Shown here one piece after another: positions 1 to 11,605 of a stretch of 64,000 bases of DNA (the stretch's first letter is position 1; every line of letters starts with the position of its first letter). Made by a program: the position numbers and the translations under genes. The stretch lies in assembly GCA_963575745.1 (NCBI GenBank), contig CAUYUJ010000226.1:248001-312000 (forward strand), written 5' to 3'. Below the pieces are notes generated by a model. The model had not been told where the DNA came from. It searched no databases and saw nothing but the letters and a program-made list of their open reading frames with translations. Source of the DNA: Prorocentrum cordatum (Eukaryota).

Positions 1-458
1 CTCCTCCTCCTCCTCCTCCTCTCCTCCTCTCCTCCTCCTCCGGGCAGCTCCTCGGGGCCTCCACGGCGGGCCGAGAGGGCCCCAGAACGCGCCCGAGAGG
101 GCCCCCAGAAAGCGCATCGCGAGGGTCCCCGGAGGCCTCCACGCCGGGCCAAGAGGGTCCCCCAGAAAGCGCCCGCGAGGGTCCCCAGAGGCCTCCGGGA
201 CGGGCCGAGAGCGCTCTCCAAGGCGCCCAATTAAGGTGGTCCCAAGGCGGCCCGAGAGGCCCCCAGGAAGCCCCCGAGACCGCTCCGAGAGGACGCCCTA
301 GGAGCGTGCCTCTCCGCCGGCGGACCCCTCGCCGCTGGACTTCTGCTGCGGCGTCCGCTGGACGTCCGCCGGCCTCCGCCCCGAAGGCGGAATTTGCCGA
401 GGGGGGGTCAGTGCGAGTGCGGTAAGCTCGCGCGGCGTCGGCGCGCGCAAGGGTGTTT

Positions 459-620
459 TCAGGAGAGGAAAAAACACACAGACACAATTAATCCTCGATT
501 CCCCAGAAAATATGGGAAAATAGGGGCAGTGGGGGGGAGACAGAAACCCAGAAAATATGGGAAAATATGGGGAATCTTTTTATTTGTGTGAATTTATTTG
601 TGTGTTCCAGTTCCCCTTCA
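459..620 (+). repeat. Dispersed ~160-bp AT-rich repeat (aaaaacacacagacacaattaat...gaaaatatgggaaaata...tttgtgtg)
   Basis: Copies at about 31446-31575, 48927-49085, 49194-49590 (interrupted), 52518-52675 and 55150-55300. Confidence 0.8.
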
Positions 621-1015
621 GCAAGGGTGTTTGACGCCGCGCCGATCGCTCCATCGGGAGCCGATCGCGGCCCCGATCGTTCAAGGCTGAATCCGGTGGG
701 GCCCAGCGGCGTTACCGTGTCCATCGGTGCTTCGCGTCGCAGAATTCAACCTTGAGCGCTGTCGCTGGGGACGCAAGCGCGCCAACGCCGCACGAACCTA
801 CCGTCCCGTAGATGAGGTCGGAGGATCGCGCCGCATCGCCGGTGCATCGCCGATGCATCGGCGACGCCGGTGGGGAGGACAGGTGGAGAATAGCCACAGA
901 TCCCCCCCATTCCCCCCCCCCTCGCCAAAGCGGGAGGAGCACGAGCAGAGGAGGAGGGGGGAGAGGGAGGAAGAGGAGGGCTGAGGCGGGCCTGCACGCA
1001 TGTCCGCCTCCCAAG

Positions 1016-1054
1016 GAGCTCATCTACCCGGGCAGGTACGACCTGGCGGCCTGA
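1016..1054 (+). CDS. Candidate terminal exon of an upstream gene (ELIYPGRYDLAA*)
   Basis: ccaag|G acceptor, all codons end in G/C, stop TGA. Confidence 0.35.
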   Translation, partial: ELIYPGRYDLAA

Positions 1055-1702
1055 GTGCCCGCCGCCGCCGCCGAACCCGAGGAGGGCGAGCGGAGACGGC
1101 GGCAGTTGTCCCTACGGGCTTGACGATGGTTCGCCGATCGACCTGTGGGGATCGAGCCACACACACCAAAGGAAATGCAGATAAACGGAGGCAGCTCGTG
1201 GCAAGTCGTGGCGCACCCAAGCGAATCCAGAGACCTCCCAGGGCTTTTTGGGGGGGCAAAGTGTGTCCGATTCAGCGCGAGTCGAGGGGAAGGCATGGAA
1301 GCGCCGAGCCCTTCGCGAAGTTGGCCATCGGGGGGGGAGGGCCGCGGCGCCACGGCCGGGCGCCGCGCAGCGAACCGGCGCGGCTTGACCCTGGGAGGGC
1401 TCCCAGGGCCGCCCTTCGGCTGCCGCTGGCCGGAGATACAGGCCTCCCGGATGGGGTCGTTCGGATGCAATTCCCGGGAGGTCAAATCCTGACTTTCCCC
1501 TGGTCCGAAATCACTGGCATAATCCGGCTTCGTCCCGCTCAATCCGGCTGAATCCTGCTTAATCCAGCTTAGTCCCGGTCAATCCACGGCCTGACCACCC
1601 TGCGTAGTAGCCCCCCAGTGGGGCTCAATTCTCCTTCATCCTTCCGACGAAGACCTCCCAGTAGTTGCCTCCTAAGGGTGGGAGCAGATCACCACCCCCC
1701 AA

Positions 1703-1854
1703 ACCACCCCAACCCAACCCGAAGGCCCCGATGTGCCTTCCATTTCCAGTGTTGGGGGGGGGGCGGGGGACACTGAAAAAACACATATGAAGCTCCAACC
1801 CCCCCAACCCGAAATTCGGGTCTAATTCGGGCCTTCGGGTTGGGTTGGGGTGGT
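1703..1854. mobile_element. MITE family E (accaccccaacccaacccgaagg TIR)
   Basis: About 23-bp inverted termini; second copy at 28021-28140. Confidence 0.75.
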
Positions 1855-2675
1855 CTTGTAGATGGGGTCGGAGTAGATGGGGTCGGCGGATCGCCCCGCA
1901 TCGCCGATGCATCGCCGATGCGGCTCGACGTGGAGCCCGATTTTCTCCACGCCGACGTCTCCGATACCTCGCCAGCGTCGCCGATGCATCGGCGATGCGG
2001 CGCGATTCTCCGACCCCAGCAACAGAAGCCTCTAAAAGAAGAAGGCGGCAGAAACACGTGCACTTTGGGAGCTCCGCGGGGACTTCTTGGATCGGCGCTG
2101 GGCCTCCCCTTGCGGCGACTCCGGCGCCGCCCCTGGCGCGCTCCGCCCGCCAGGGAGGGGATTTCAGCGCCGAAGAGCTTGTTTGGGGAATACAAAAAAG
2201 CAGTTATTTGGATTCACAGACCAATCTTTCGAATTCTGAGATGGCATTTTTTGGTGAATTAAACTTGTTTTTTGAATTCAAAAACCAATGTTTCAAATTC
2301 TGCGACTTGATTGTTTTTTCATTCAATTCTAAAAGCATTCGTTTGCTTTTCTGCTCGTCTCGGCTCGCCCTGCTCCGAACGAGCGCGCCCGCCGCCGCCG
2401 CCCGGCAGCCCGGCGGCCCGCGGGGTCGCCGTCGGCTTCCGCGGCTTCGGCCCCCCCTGGACAGTGCCTTGGCATCGCTCGGACGTGTGCATTGCTCCTT
2501 CGGCGAGGACCGTCGAGGAGCATCCTCGATCACTTGGCGAAGAAGCCGCGCGCGCAACCGAACAAAAAGCACAGGGAATGGACGACCGAGCGATGGCCAG
2601 GTGCGCGCGCCCGCGGCGTCTGGCAGCGTGCGCAGAAGAAGATCGTGCTCCTCGTCCCCCTCGCCGATCCAGGGC

Positions 2676-2860
2676 TCATTTCGACTCCTCCGACTCGGTT
2701 CGGTGCAGTTTCGACGGATTCCGACTCCGAGTCGGTTCGATTTCGGATTCCGGTGTGGATCTCGATGTCTCAATGGAGGCCTCACTAGCCTACCGATCTC
2801 CGCCGATCCGACTCACTCCGATCGCCGATCCGACTCTTCGATTCGATTCCAGGCTCTCCC
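2676..2860 (+). repeat. Dispersed (gattc/ccgat)-rich repeat
   Basis: Homologous blocks at about 35693-35912 and 49241-49468. The last is inserted inside a copy of the 459-620 family. Confidence 0.7.
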
Positions 2861-3295
2861 GCCCTGTTCGTCGTCGTCGTCGTCGCCCTCCCTCCTCCCC
2901 CGTGAGCCTTTACGCTCAAGAGTGCAGTCGGACCGAGGTAGAAGATCGACGTCGGCTCGGCGGAGGGTACACCAGTGCTCTGCGTGCTCGTTGGATGTTC
3001 TCGTGCATCCTGGGGACGAGTACCCTTGTTTGTTTGGCCGGCCGAGGGTCTCATGCTCTTGAGGGACGCTCGTCTGGCCCAGGTCCGACTGCGACACAGG
3101 GATCCAAAGTGCATCTCAGGCTCCGCGAAGAGGCATGTATGTTTATATATATATATATATATAGTGAAACAAGGCGGGCAGTCTGGATGAGCAGAGAGAT
3201 CTCTGGGAGCAAGGGAGGTGCCCTTGGAGGGCCTCTTCGGGCGATCCCCATGGCCCACGTGAGGGCGAGGGAAGTAGGATGAGGAGGAGGAGGAA

Positions 3296-3329
<34 letters not shown>

Positions 3330-5423
3330 GGAAGAGGAGCACAAGGAAATGGAAGACGATGAGGACAAGGACGAGGGCGAGGAGGAGGTGGACAAGGATG
3401 GCGAGGACAGAGCCCGCAAAATCGCCTCTTGGAGCCCTCTTGGGGCTCTTTTGGGGGGTCTTGGGGGTCTCGGTGCATTAAGGAGGGCGCGCGTTTTGAA
3501 GATTTTTCTGCAGGCGCTCTGGCGCGTGCGCGGCGAAAGATCTCTCCCTCTCTCTCGCTCCTCTCCTCTGGCCTCTCAAGGAGGGAGGGGAGGGAGGAGG
3601 GGGGGGGGGGGCAGGCCCTACACTCGAAACTCGATCCTGCTCGCCTTTCCTCCACTCCCTTCTTTGTCGAGCCTCCGTCCTCCTCTCCCCCTCCCCCCCC
3701 TCAAGGAGGGAGAAGGGAAAGGAGGAGGGAGGAGGATGCCCTTGGATCTTACAATAGAGCTACGAATCTGATCTTTTGTTGTCCTCCCTCCTTGGAAAGC
3801 GGGAGGAGGGGGAGCAGGGAGGAGAGGGAGCGACAATGTCTCCCTCCTCCTCCTCCTCCTCCGTCTCCCCCCCCTCCCTCGCCCCCCCCCCCACCGAAAT
3901 GGAGGTGGAGGAGGAGGAGGATAAGGAGGAAAAGCAGGATCCTCTGGAGGGCTCTGGAGGTTCCCTGGAGGCCTCGGGGACTCCCTGGGAGGTCTCTGGG
4001 GTCCTCGGGCGGCCTCCGGGGGCTCCAGCGGGAAAGTCCGACCATGCTCGAAGACCTCGATCCGTCCCGCTCCTCCTCGCGCCTCCTCCTCTCCCCCTCC
4101 TCGCTCCTCCTCGCTCCTCCTCGCTCCTCCCTCGCTCCGCCTCCTCGCCTCCCCCTCCGCTCCTCCCTCGCTCCTCCACGCTCCTCGCTCCGCTCCTCCC
4201 TCGCCTTCCCTTGCGCCCCTCTGTGCTCCTCTCCCCCGCCCCTCCTCGCTCCTCCCTCGCCCCTCGCCCGCTCCTCGCTCCTCCCTCGCTCCTGCCTCGC
4301 TCCTCCCTGGGCGGGATGCGGGATGCGGGGGCGGGGCGCGGCGGCGTGCGGGGCGCCCCCTCCCCCTGGGCGGCGCCAGGACGCTGGCCAGCACCGGGGA
4401 CCACAGAGGCGGGGCCGCGCGCGGCGGCACCGCCCAGCCCCTCCCGCGCGCCCTCCTCGCGGGGGCGCCAGCGGACGGCTGCATCGGCGAGGGGGAGGGT
4501 CGGAGGATGGCGTCGGCGACCGCAGAGGCGTGGCGACCCGGAGATCCAACGTATTGAGAAGATCAAGACGGAGGTTTCTCTCAGATTTCGGCTCCCAGGG
4601 GCCCTCGCTGGGCCTCGGGACCGTCAAAAAGCGACTCAGGATGAAAGACTGGTCCTGGGGAGTGGGTCGAGTCTTCCGGGGTCCCCGTATTGAAAAAATC
4701 ACGACGTCGGATCTCTGGGTGCGCCATGGTGTGGTGTGCGGTCGGCACCCTGGAGGGCGGGCGGGGATCTCGATAGAGCTCTCCGCCGCGCCCCGGGGAG
4801 GCCCGACGAGGACGGTGTCGTGCCCCGCAGGCCCCACGGCTGCATCGGCGAGGCGGAGGGGCGGAGGAAGCCGTCGGCGACTGCAGGGGGCGTGGTTCCG
4901 CTGGTGTGTGGTTTACGATCGGCGCCGTTGGGGCCTGGGGGCCACGACAGGTCACCGTCGGGCCTCCGGGGGCGCGGCGGAGAACTCTCTCGAGTTCCCC
5001 GCCCGCCCCCCAGGGTGGCCCCCAGGATGCCGGTTGCAAATCACACCCTTTGCAGCACACGCCTTTCGGAGCCGTCGAGGTCAACGCGGAGGTCTTGACG
5101 TCGGAGTCTTTTCACGGCGGGTGATTTGTTGCCTTGTTTTGGGTCGCGGGGCCTTCAGGATCGATCCGGCACGAAAGCTGCAGCAGAACGAGGGGGTTTT
5201 GGCACGAGCTTTTAGGTCGGGGGTTGGGCACGAGTTTTTAGGTCCCGGGGGAGGATCGATCCGGCACGAATGTTTTAGGTCGGGGGTTGGGCGTCGAGTT
5301 TTGTCTACGATGTTTGTCTGTTTGTTCGCGCCGTCAGATCTGAGTCGGCACAGATGCCGCTACCCTTCACTCGTCGCCACGGCTGGATTCTCCTCGAAGT
5401 CACGGTACAGCTGCAAGCGTTAA

Positions 5424-5607
5424 GTCGGGCCGGTCCCCCTACAGGGGGCTTTCGAGGAAAAAATACAAGATATTCAAACATCGTCCAACAATAATCCAAA
5501 ATAGTCTGGGGAATATTTTTTCAATGCTGGTTGACCTTTTGGGAGCATTTTTGGGGTATCTCTTTTTTTTTCCATCGAAAATCCCCCTGTAGGGGGACAC
5601 GCCCGAC
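5424..5607. mobile_element. MITE family D (GTCGGGC..CCCTACAGGGGG TIRs, AT-rich core)
   Basis: Inverted ends gtcgggccggtccccctacaggggg / ccccctgtagggggacacgcccgac. Relatives at about 47656-47802, 49679-49793 and 54573-54737; single ends at about 29060, 30420-30445, 57585 and 61494. Confidence 0.75.
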
Positions 5608-5864
5608 ATAGTGCAAGCGCCGGGGCGGATGCACGACCGTGGGCACGGCTGGAGGGAGCGCACCACGAGTGCGCGGTTGGCATTCGCATCGCATGCCTCT
5701 GCCTCGTCTCCCCCGCATCTGCTCCTGTTGCTGCTGCTCCGCCTCCTGTCTCTCGCCTCGTCCCTCTCTCCTCGTCCCCCTCATCCCTATCTGCTTCCTC
5801 ACCTCCCAGCTCCTCCCCCTCCGTCGCCTCATCCGCAGCCTCCTTCACCAGCCTGCCTCTCTCC

Positions 5865-5885
5865 TCCGCAGCAGTTTGGGCTCAG
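5865..5885 (+). promoter_or_regulatory. Relict dinoflagellate spliced-leader-like motif / probable trans-splice acceptor (present upstream of all 7 array copies)
   Basis: TCCGCAGCAGTTTGGGCTCAG resembles DinoSL DCCGTAGCCATTTTGGCTCAAG. It follows a long pyrimidine tract and lies 55 nt before the ATG. Confidence 0.7.
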
Positions 5886-5940
5886 CGCGACCCGCTTCCA
5901 AAGAAACAACGCACAACGATCTAGCACCTCCTCTCGCACT

Positions 5941-6213
5941 ATGGCGCGAGCCTTCGCCGTTCTGATGTTCCTGGCGCTGCCCTGCGCTGCGTTCAACTAC
6001 GGGAACTGGAAGCACATGCTTGCGCCGGAGACACTGACAGCCGCACTGCCAAGTCAGCAGGAAGAGCTGGACGCGGGCCTCGACAGCGTGGTCATGATGC
6101 AGACGGAGGCAACGCCATTCACGGAGCCAGAGGGTTTCGTGCACGTTGCCCCTGCCGCTCGGTCTGACGGCGAGGCCGTGGTGACAGCCCCGCTGGTAAA
6201 GGAGGACCTCTGA
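5941..6213 (+). CDS. Small putatively secreted/ER-lumenal 90-aa protein, tandem array copy 1 (ends KEDL)
   Basis: ATG 5941 to TGA 6213. N-terminal MARAFAVLMFLALPCAA is signal-peptide-like. The frame is conserved indel-free in 7 copies while spacers diverge. A pyrimidine tract and SL-like motif lie upstream. Confidence 0.9.
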   Translation: MARAFAVLMFLALPCAAFNYGNWKHMLAPETLTAALPSQQEELDAGLDSVVMMQTEATPFTEPEGFVHVAPAARSDGEAVVTAPLVKEDL

Positions 6214-6570
6214 GGCGCGGCGCAACGAGCAGATCATCCGTCACCTGCAGCCTTGCGATGTGTTCAGACGTATCACGCCAGTGGAAAATACGTTTGCTAG
6301 CGGGGACCCCAAACAGTAGGGCAATTCACTGCCAGTGTGGTACAAGATAACGTGGTGCCAGCTATGTGGTGGAAGCCATGCGGCGCATTCTGTGTGTGCC
6401 GTAAGCCAGCTTTGCGGTGCAGCGCATGTCTTGCAAGGTGCGCGGTGTAAACAACACTTGTGGCACACATTATGTGGAGCAAGCTGTCTAATAGTGCAAG
6501 CAGTGTGGTGCAGGCTTTGCTGAGTTGGCCATGTGGGGCGAGCCATGTGCGTTGTCATCTGTGGTGTGAG

Positions 6571-6820
6571 CCTTCGTGGGCCACGGAAACGGCAGGGCCG
6601 TTTTTTCACCGTTCCCAAAACATGTCCCTTGAAAATGGAAACGGCAACAAAAACGGCGACCGGACACGGCAAAAAAACGGCTCCAGGATTGGAACCGGAG
6701 CCGGAACCGGTCAAAACACGGCGACGGAACCGGTAAAATTACGGCGTCGGAGCCGGCAACAAAAACGGCAAAACGGAACGGGTACAAAAGCGGCCCTGTC
6801 GTTTCCAGGGCCCGCTGAGG
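6571..6820. mobile_element. TIR element (MITE-like) inserted in array spacer
   Basis: Imperfect TIRs ccttcgtgggccacggaaacggcagggccgtttt / aaaagcggccctgtcgtttccagggcccgctgagg, flanked by duplicated tgtgag (6-8 bp depending on end call). Confidence 0.75.
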
Positions 6821-6947
6821 TGTGAGCTGCACGGGCGGGATCCGTGCGGTGCAAGCTATGCGGTAAGCAGCACGAGGCGTCCACGGGTGCCCCCATCAGT
6901 GCAGGTTTTGCTGAGTTGGCCACGTGGGGCGAGCCATGCGTGTTGTA

Positions 6948-7111
6948 CACCTCAGGCGATGCTTAAGAAAACCTAAGTTTTCGTCCAGAATCTCGATTAT
7001 TCTTAACTTTTCAATGTAAATCCCAAGATTTTGACAGAAGTTCTGGGTTTTCTTTAATTTCTGAGACTATGAATTTCTTAACCCATGATTTCTTAAGCAT
7101 CTCGCAGGGTG
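6948..7111. mobile_element. MITE with TA target duplication (Tc1/mariner-type), family A copy 1
   Basis: TA|CACC..GATGCTTAAGAAA ... TTTCTTAAGCAT..GGTG|TA. The paralogous spacer at about 9275 shows the empty site gttgTAatatg. Confidence 0.85.
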
Positions 7112-8366
7112 TAATATGTGGTGTGAGCTACACGGGTGGAGTCCGTGTGGTGCAAGCGCCATGCGGTGAGCAACGCGCGGCGCCCGCGGGCGCCCTCGTC
7201 ATGCGACGCCACGGCACGGCCCAGCCAGCAGGGGAGCTCACGAGGCGCCCACGGCCGCCCCCCATGCGGGCTGTCCATATATCCACTGCGGTATGGAGTT
7301 TCGGGCTCCCTTACTCCAGATTTCGTGATGAAGGGAGGGGGGTCTCATTTGGGGGGGGTCTCTTCCAGGCCATCTTGGAGGGCCTGGGGGGTCTGGGGAC
7401 GATGTTTTGGAGGGCTCTCCCACGGGGGAGGTCTGAAATGGCTTGTCTTGGAGGGTCCAGACCCCCTCCCTTTTATTGCGAAATCTGGAGTACCAAGAAA
7501 CCCGCGGCGCACTGGATGTGGATGAATTTGCCCCCTGGAGGCTCGATGTTTATCCATATCCGGTGCGCCTCGGCCTCGTGGCGCCGCTTCCGAAAAAGTC
7601 CACGAGGCACTGGACATGGACATGAATCTTGCCCGCACCCACCGGGCAAAAACCCAGAACACCCGTCCAGCCGCTTGGCGATAAGAGGTAAGGGCTAGTC
7701 AATGTAGGCGCTGCGTGAGGAACGACGCCTTCGTGCGAGGCTTGTTGCTCCCCTCTTCCTCTCAGACGGCGCCCAGTGCAATCATCCCCCCCTCTTGTCT
7801 GCAGTCCCTTTGCTGTGTGAAAGCTGTGGGTGCTCTGGCGAAGAGTTCATCCTCGCTTGACGGAGGGGGTTTGGTGGAGAGGGAGTTTGGGGTGGCCGGT
7901 GGCGCCATGGGGGTAGATGCAATTCAGTCTTTGTCAAAACAGTTCGTCTGTGTTGAGCTCGGTGCGCCGGGGTGCTTTCACCCTTCTGCTTCGCAAGGCG
8001 AGGCCCGACGCAAACGAACCGCTGCAAGCGTGGAGGGGGATGTACGACCTGGGGCCTGGCTGGGGAGAGCGCTCCACGAGTGCGCGGCGGGCACTCGCTT
8101 CCCATGCCTCTGCCTCGTCTTTCTCATCCTCCCGCTCCTGCTCCTCTTGCTGCAGCTCCGCCCCCGGCCTCTCGCGTCGTCCCTCTTCCCTCGTTTCCCT
8201 CATCCTTATCTGCTTCCTCTCCTTCCAGCTCCTCCCCCTCCGTCGCCTCATCCGCACCCTCCTTCTCCAGCCCTTCCTCTTCCTCTCTCCTCCGCAGCAG
8301 TTTGGGCTCAGCGCGACCCGCTTCCAAAGACACAACGCACAACGCTCTAGCACCTCCTCTCGCACT

Positions 8367-8639
8367 ATGGCGCGAGCCCTCGCTGTTCTGGTGTTCCTGG
8401 CGCTGCCCTGCGCCGCGTTCAACTACGGGAACTGGAAGCACATGCTGGCGCCGGAGACACTGGCAGCCGAGCTGCCAAGCCAGCAGGTGGAGCTGGACGC
8501 GGGCCTCGACAGCGTGGTCATGATGCAGACGGAGGCGACGCCATTCACGGAGCCATCGGGCTTCGCGCACGTTGCCCCTGCTGATCGGTCTGACGGCGAG
8601 GCCGTGGCGACAGCCCCGCTGGCAAAGGAGGACCTCTGA
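8367..8639 (+). CDS. 90-aa tandem array protein copy 2 (ends KEDL)
   Basis: Intact paralog of 5941-6213 with the same 5' context (cgcactATG). Confidence 0.9.
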   Translation: MARALAVLVFLALPCAAFNYGNWKHMLAPETLAAELPSQQVELDAGLDSVVMMQTEATPFTEPSGFAHVAPADRSDGEAVATAPLAKEDL

Positions 8640-10033
8640 GGCGCGGCGCAACGAGCAGATCATCCATCTCCTGCAGCCTTGCGATGTGTTCAGACGTATC
8701 ACGCCAGTGGAAAATACGTTTGCTAGCGGGGACCCCAAACAGTAGGGCAATTCACTGCCAGTGTGGTACAAGATAACGTGGTGCCAGCTATGTGGTGGAA
8801 GCCATGCGGCGCATTCTGTGTGTGCCGTAAGCCAGCTTTGCGGTGCAGCGCATGTCTTGCAAGGTGCGCGGTGTAAACAACACTTGTGGCACACATTATG
8901 TGGAGCAAGCTGTCTAATAGTGCAAGCAGTGTGGTGCAGGCTTTGCTGAGTTGGCCATGTGGGGCGAGCCATGTGCGTTGTCATCTGTGGTGTGAGCCTT
9001 CGTGGGCCCCGGAAACAGCAGGGCCGTTTTTCTTTCACCTGCAGCCTTGCGATGTGTCCAGACGTATCTCGCCAGTGGAAAACACGTTTGCTAGCGAGGG
9101 CCCCAACCAGTAGGACATTGCATTGCCGGTGTTGTGCAAGATAACGTGGTGCAAACTATGTGGTGCAAGCTCTGTGGTGCGAGCTGTGCGGTGCAACATG
9201 TGTGGTGCAAGCCTTGCGGTGCAGCACATGTGGAGCAGGCTGTCTAGTGCAAGCTATGTAGGGCGAGCTATTTGTGTTGTAATATGTGGCGGAAGCTATG
9301 CGGTAAGCAGCACGATGCGCCCACGGGCGCCCCCATCATGCGAATCTCCGGCACACCCAGCCAGCGAACAGGGCGCTCATGAGGCGGTCCACGGCCGCCC
9401 ACCAGGCGAAACCCCGGAACACCCATCGAACCACACATCGATGACAAGTAAGGGCAAGACAACGTAAGCGCTGCATGGAAACCGACGCCTTCGCGCGAGG
9501 CTTGTTGCTCCCCTGCTCTCAACCAACGCCCAGTATATCCCCCTCTCGTCTGCATTCCCTTTGCTGTATGAAAGCTGCGGGTGCTCTGGCGAGAGGGGTC
9601 GGGTGGTGGAGAGAGGGGTCGGGTGGTGGAGAGAGGGGTCTTGGGGTGGCGGGTGGTGCCCTGGGAGTAGACGCAACTGGCGCTTTGTGACAACAGTTCA
9701 TTTGTGTTGAGCTCGATGCGCTGGGGTGCTTTCACTCTGCCGCTTCGCAAGGCGAGGCCCGACGCAGACGAACCGCAACGACCTGGGGCCTGGCTGGAGG
9801 GAGCGCTCCACGAGAGCGCGGCTGGCCTTCGCATCCCATGCCTCTACCTCGTCCCCTCGTCCCCCATCAAACCTATCTGCTTCCTCACCCCCCTCGTTCC
9901 TCCCCTCCGTCGCCTCATCCGCACCCTCCTTCTCCAGCCCTTCCTCTTCCTCTCTCCTCCGCAGCAGTTTGGGCTCAGCGCGACCCGCTTCCAAAGAAAC
10001 AACGCACAACGCTCTAGCACCTCCTCTCGCACT

Positions 10034-10306
10034 ATGGCGCGAGCCCTCGCTGTCCTGATGTTCCTGGCGCTGCCCTGCGCCGCGTTCAACTACGGGAACT
10101 GGAAGCACATGCTGGCGCCGGAGACACTGGCAGCCGAGCTGCCAAGCCAGCAGGTGGAGCTGGACGCGGGCCTCGACAGCGTGGTCATGATGCAGACGGA
10201 GGCGACGCCATTCACGGAGCCATCGGGCTTCGCGCACGTTGCCCCTGCTGATCGGTCTGACGGCGAGGCCGTGGTGACAGCCCCGCTGGCAGGAGAGGAC
10301 CTCTGA
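10034..10306 (+). CDS. 90-aa tandem array protein copy 3 (ends GEDL)
   Basis: Intact paralog. Confidence 0.9.
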   Translation: MARALAVLMFLALPCAAFNYGNWKHMLAPETLAAELPSQQVELDAGLDSVVMMQTEATPFTEPSGFAHVAPADRSDGEAVVTAPLAGEDL

Positions 10307-11332
10307 GGCTCGGCGCAATGAGCAGATCATCTTTCACCTGCAGCCTTGCGATGTGTCCAGACGTATCTCGCCAGTGGAAAACACGTTTGCTAGCGAGGGC
10401 CCCAACCAGTAGGAAATTGCATTGCCAGTGTTGTGCAAGATAACGTGGTGCAAGCTATGTGGTGCAAGCTCTGTGGTGCGAGCTGTGTGGTGCAATATGA
10501 GTGGTGCAAGCCTTGCGGTGCAGCACGTGTGGAGCAGGCTGTCTAGTGCAAGCTATGTAGGGCGAGCTATTTCTGTTGTAATATGTGGCGGAAGCTATGC
10601 GGTAAGCAGCACGATGCGCCCACGGGCGCCCCCATCATGCGAATCTCCGGCACACCCAGCCAGCGAACAGGGCGCTCATGAGGCGGTCCACGGCCGCCCA
10701 CCAGGCGAAACCCCGGAACACCCATCTAACCACACATCGATGACAAGTAAGGGCAAGACAACGTAAGCGCTGCATGGAAACCGACGCCTTCGCGCGAGGC
10801 TTGTTGCTCCCCTGTTCTCAACCAACGCCCAGTATATCCCCCTCTCGTCTGCATTCCCTTTGCTGTGTGAAAGCTGCGGGTGCTCTGGCGAGAGGGGTCG
10901 GGTGGTGGAGAGAGGGGTCGGGTGGTGGAGAGAGGGGTTTTGGGGTGGCGGGTGGTGCCCTGGGAGTAGACGCAACTGGCGCTTTGTGACAACAGTTCGT
11001 TTGTGTTGAGCTCGATGCGCTGGGGTGCTTTCACTCTGCCGCTTCGCAAGGCGAGGCCCGACGCAGACGAACCGCAACGACCTGGGGCCTGGCTGGAGAG
11101 AGCGCTCCACGAGAGCGCGGCTGGCCTTCGCATCCCATGCCTCTACCTCGTCCCCTCGTCCCCCATCAAACCTATCTGCTTCCTCACCCCCCTCGCTCCT
11201 CCCCTCCGTCGCCTCATCCGCACCCTCCTTCTCCAGCCCTTCCTCTTCCTCTCTCCTCCGCAGCAGTTTGGGCTCAGCGCGACCCGCTTCCAAAGAAACA
11301 ACGCACAACGCTCTAGCACCTCCTCTCGCACT

Positions 11333-11605
11333 ATGGCGCGAGCCCTCGCTATCCTGGTGTTCCTGGCGCTGCCCTGCGCCGCGTTCAACTACGGGAACTG
11401 GAAGCACATGCTGGCGCCGGAGACACTGACAGCCGAACTGCCAAGTCAGCAGGAAGAGCTGGACGCGGGCCTCGACAGCGTGGTCATGATGCAGACGGAG
11501 GCGACGCCATTCACGGAGCCATCGGGCTTCGCGCACGTTGCCCCTGCTGATCGGTCTGACGGCGAGGCCATGGTGACAGCCCCGCTGGCAGGAGAGGACC
11601 TCTGA
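11333..11605 (+). CDS. 90-aa tandem array protein copy 4 (ends GEDL)
   Basis: Intact paralog; its upstream unit is nearly identical to that of copy 3 (period 1299 bp). Confidence 0.9.
   Translation: MARALAILVFLALPCAAFNYGNWKHMLAPETLTAELPSQQEELDAGLDSVVMMQTEATPFTEPSGFAHVAPADRSDGEAMVTAPLAGEDL

Noticed and set aside
5205..5305. Telomeric repeats (ttttagg)
   Set aside because: Isolated TTTTAGGT words in a local repeat, not tandem TTTAGGG.
3429..5423. 664-aa ORF and similar long ORFs (44141-45967, 49843-51282)
   Set aside because: Open only because of high GC and microsatellites; they cross several unrelated repeats and have no domain motifs.
5419..5612. Family D as a third TCGGG/5-bp-TSD family
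   Set aside because: Although it contains TCGGG/CCCGA, the flanking 5-mers (ttaag vs catag) are not duplicated and the inverted repeat extends further out.
5611..5940. N-terminal extensions (200-240 aa ORF calls) of the array genes
   Set aside because: They differ by frameshifts between copies and lie upstream of the SL-like acceptor; only the 90-aa frame is conserved.
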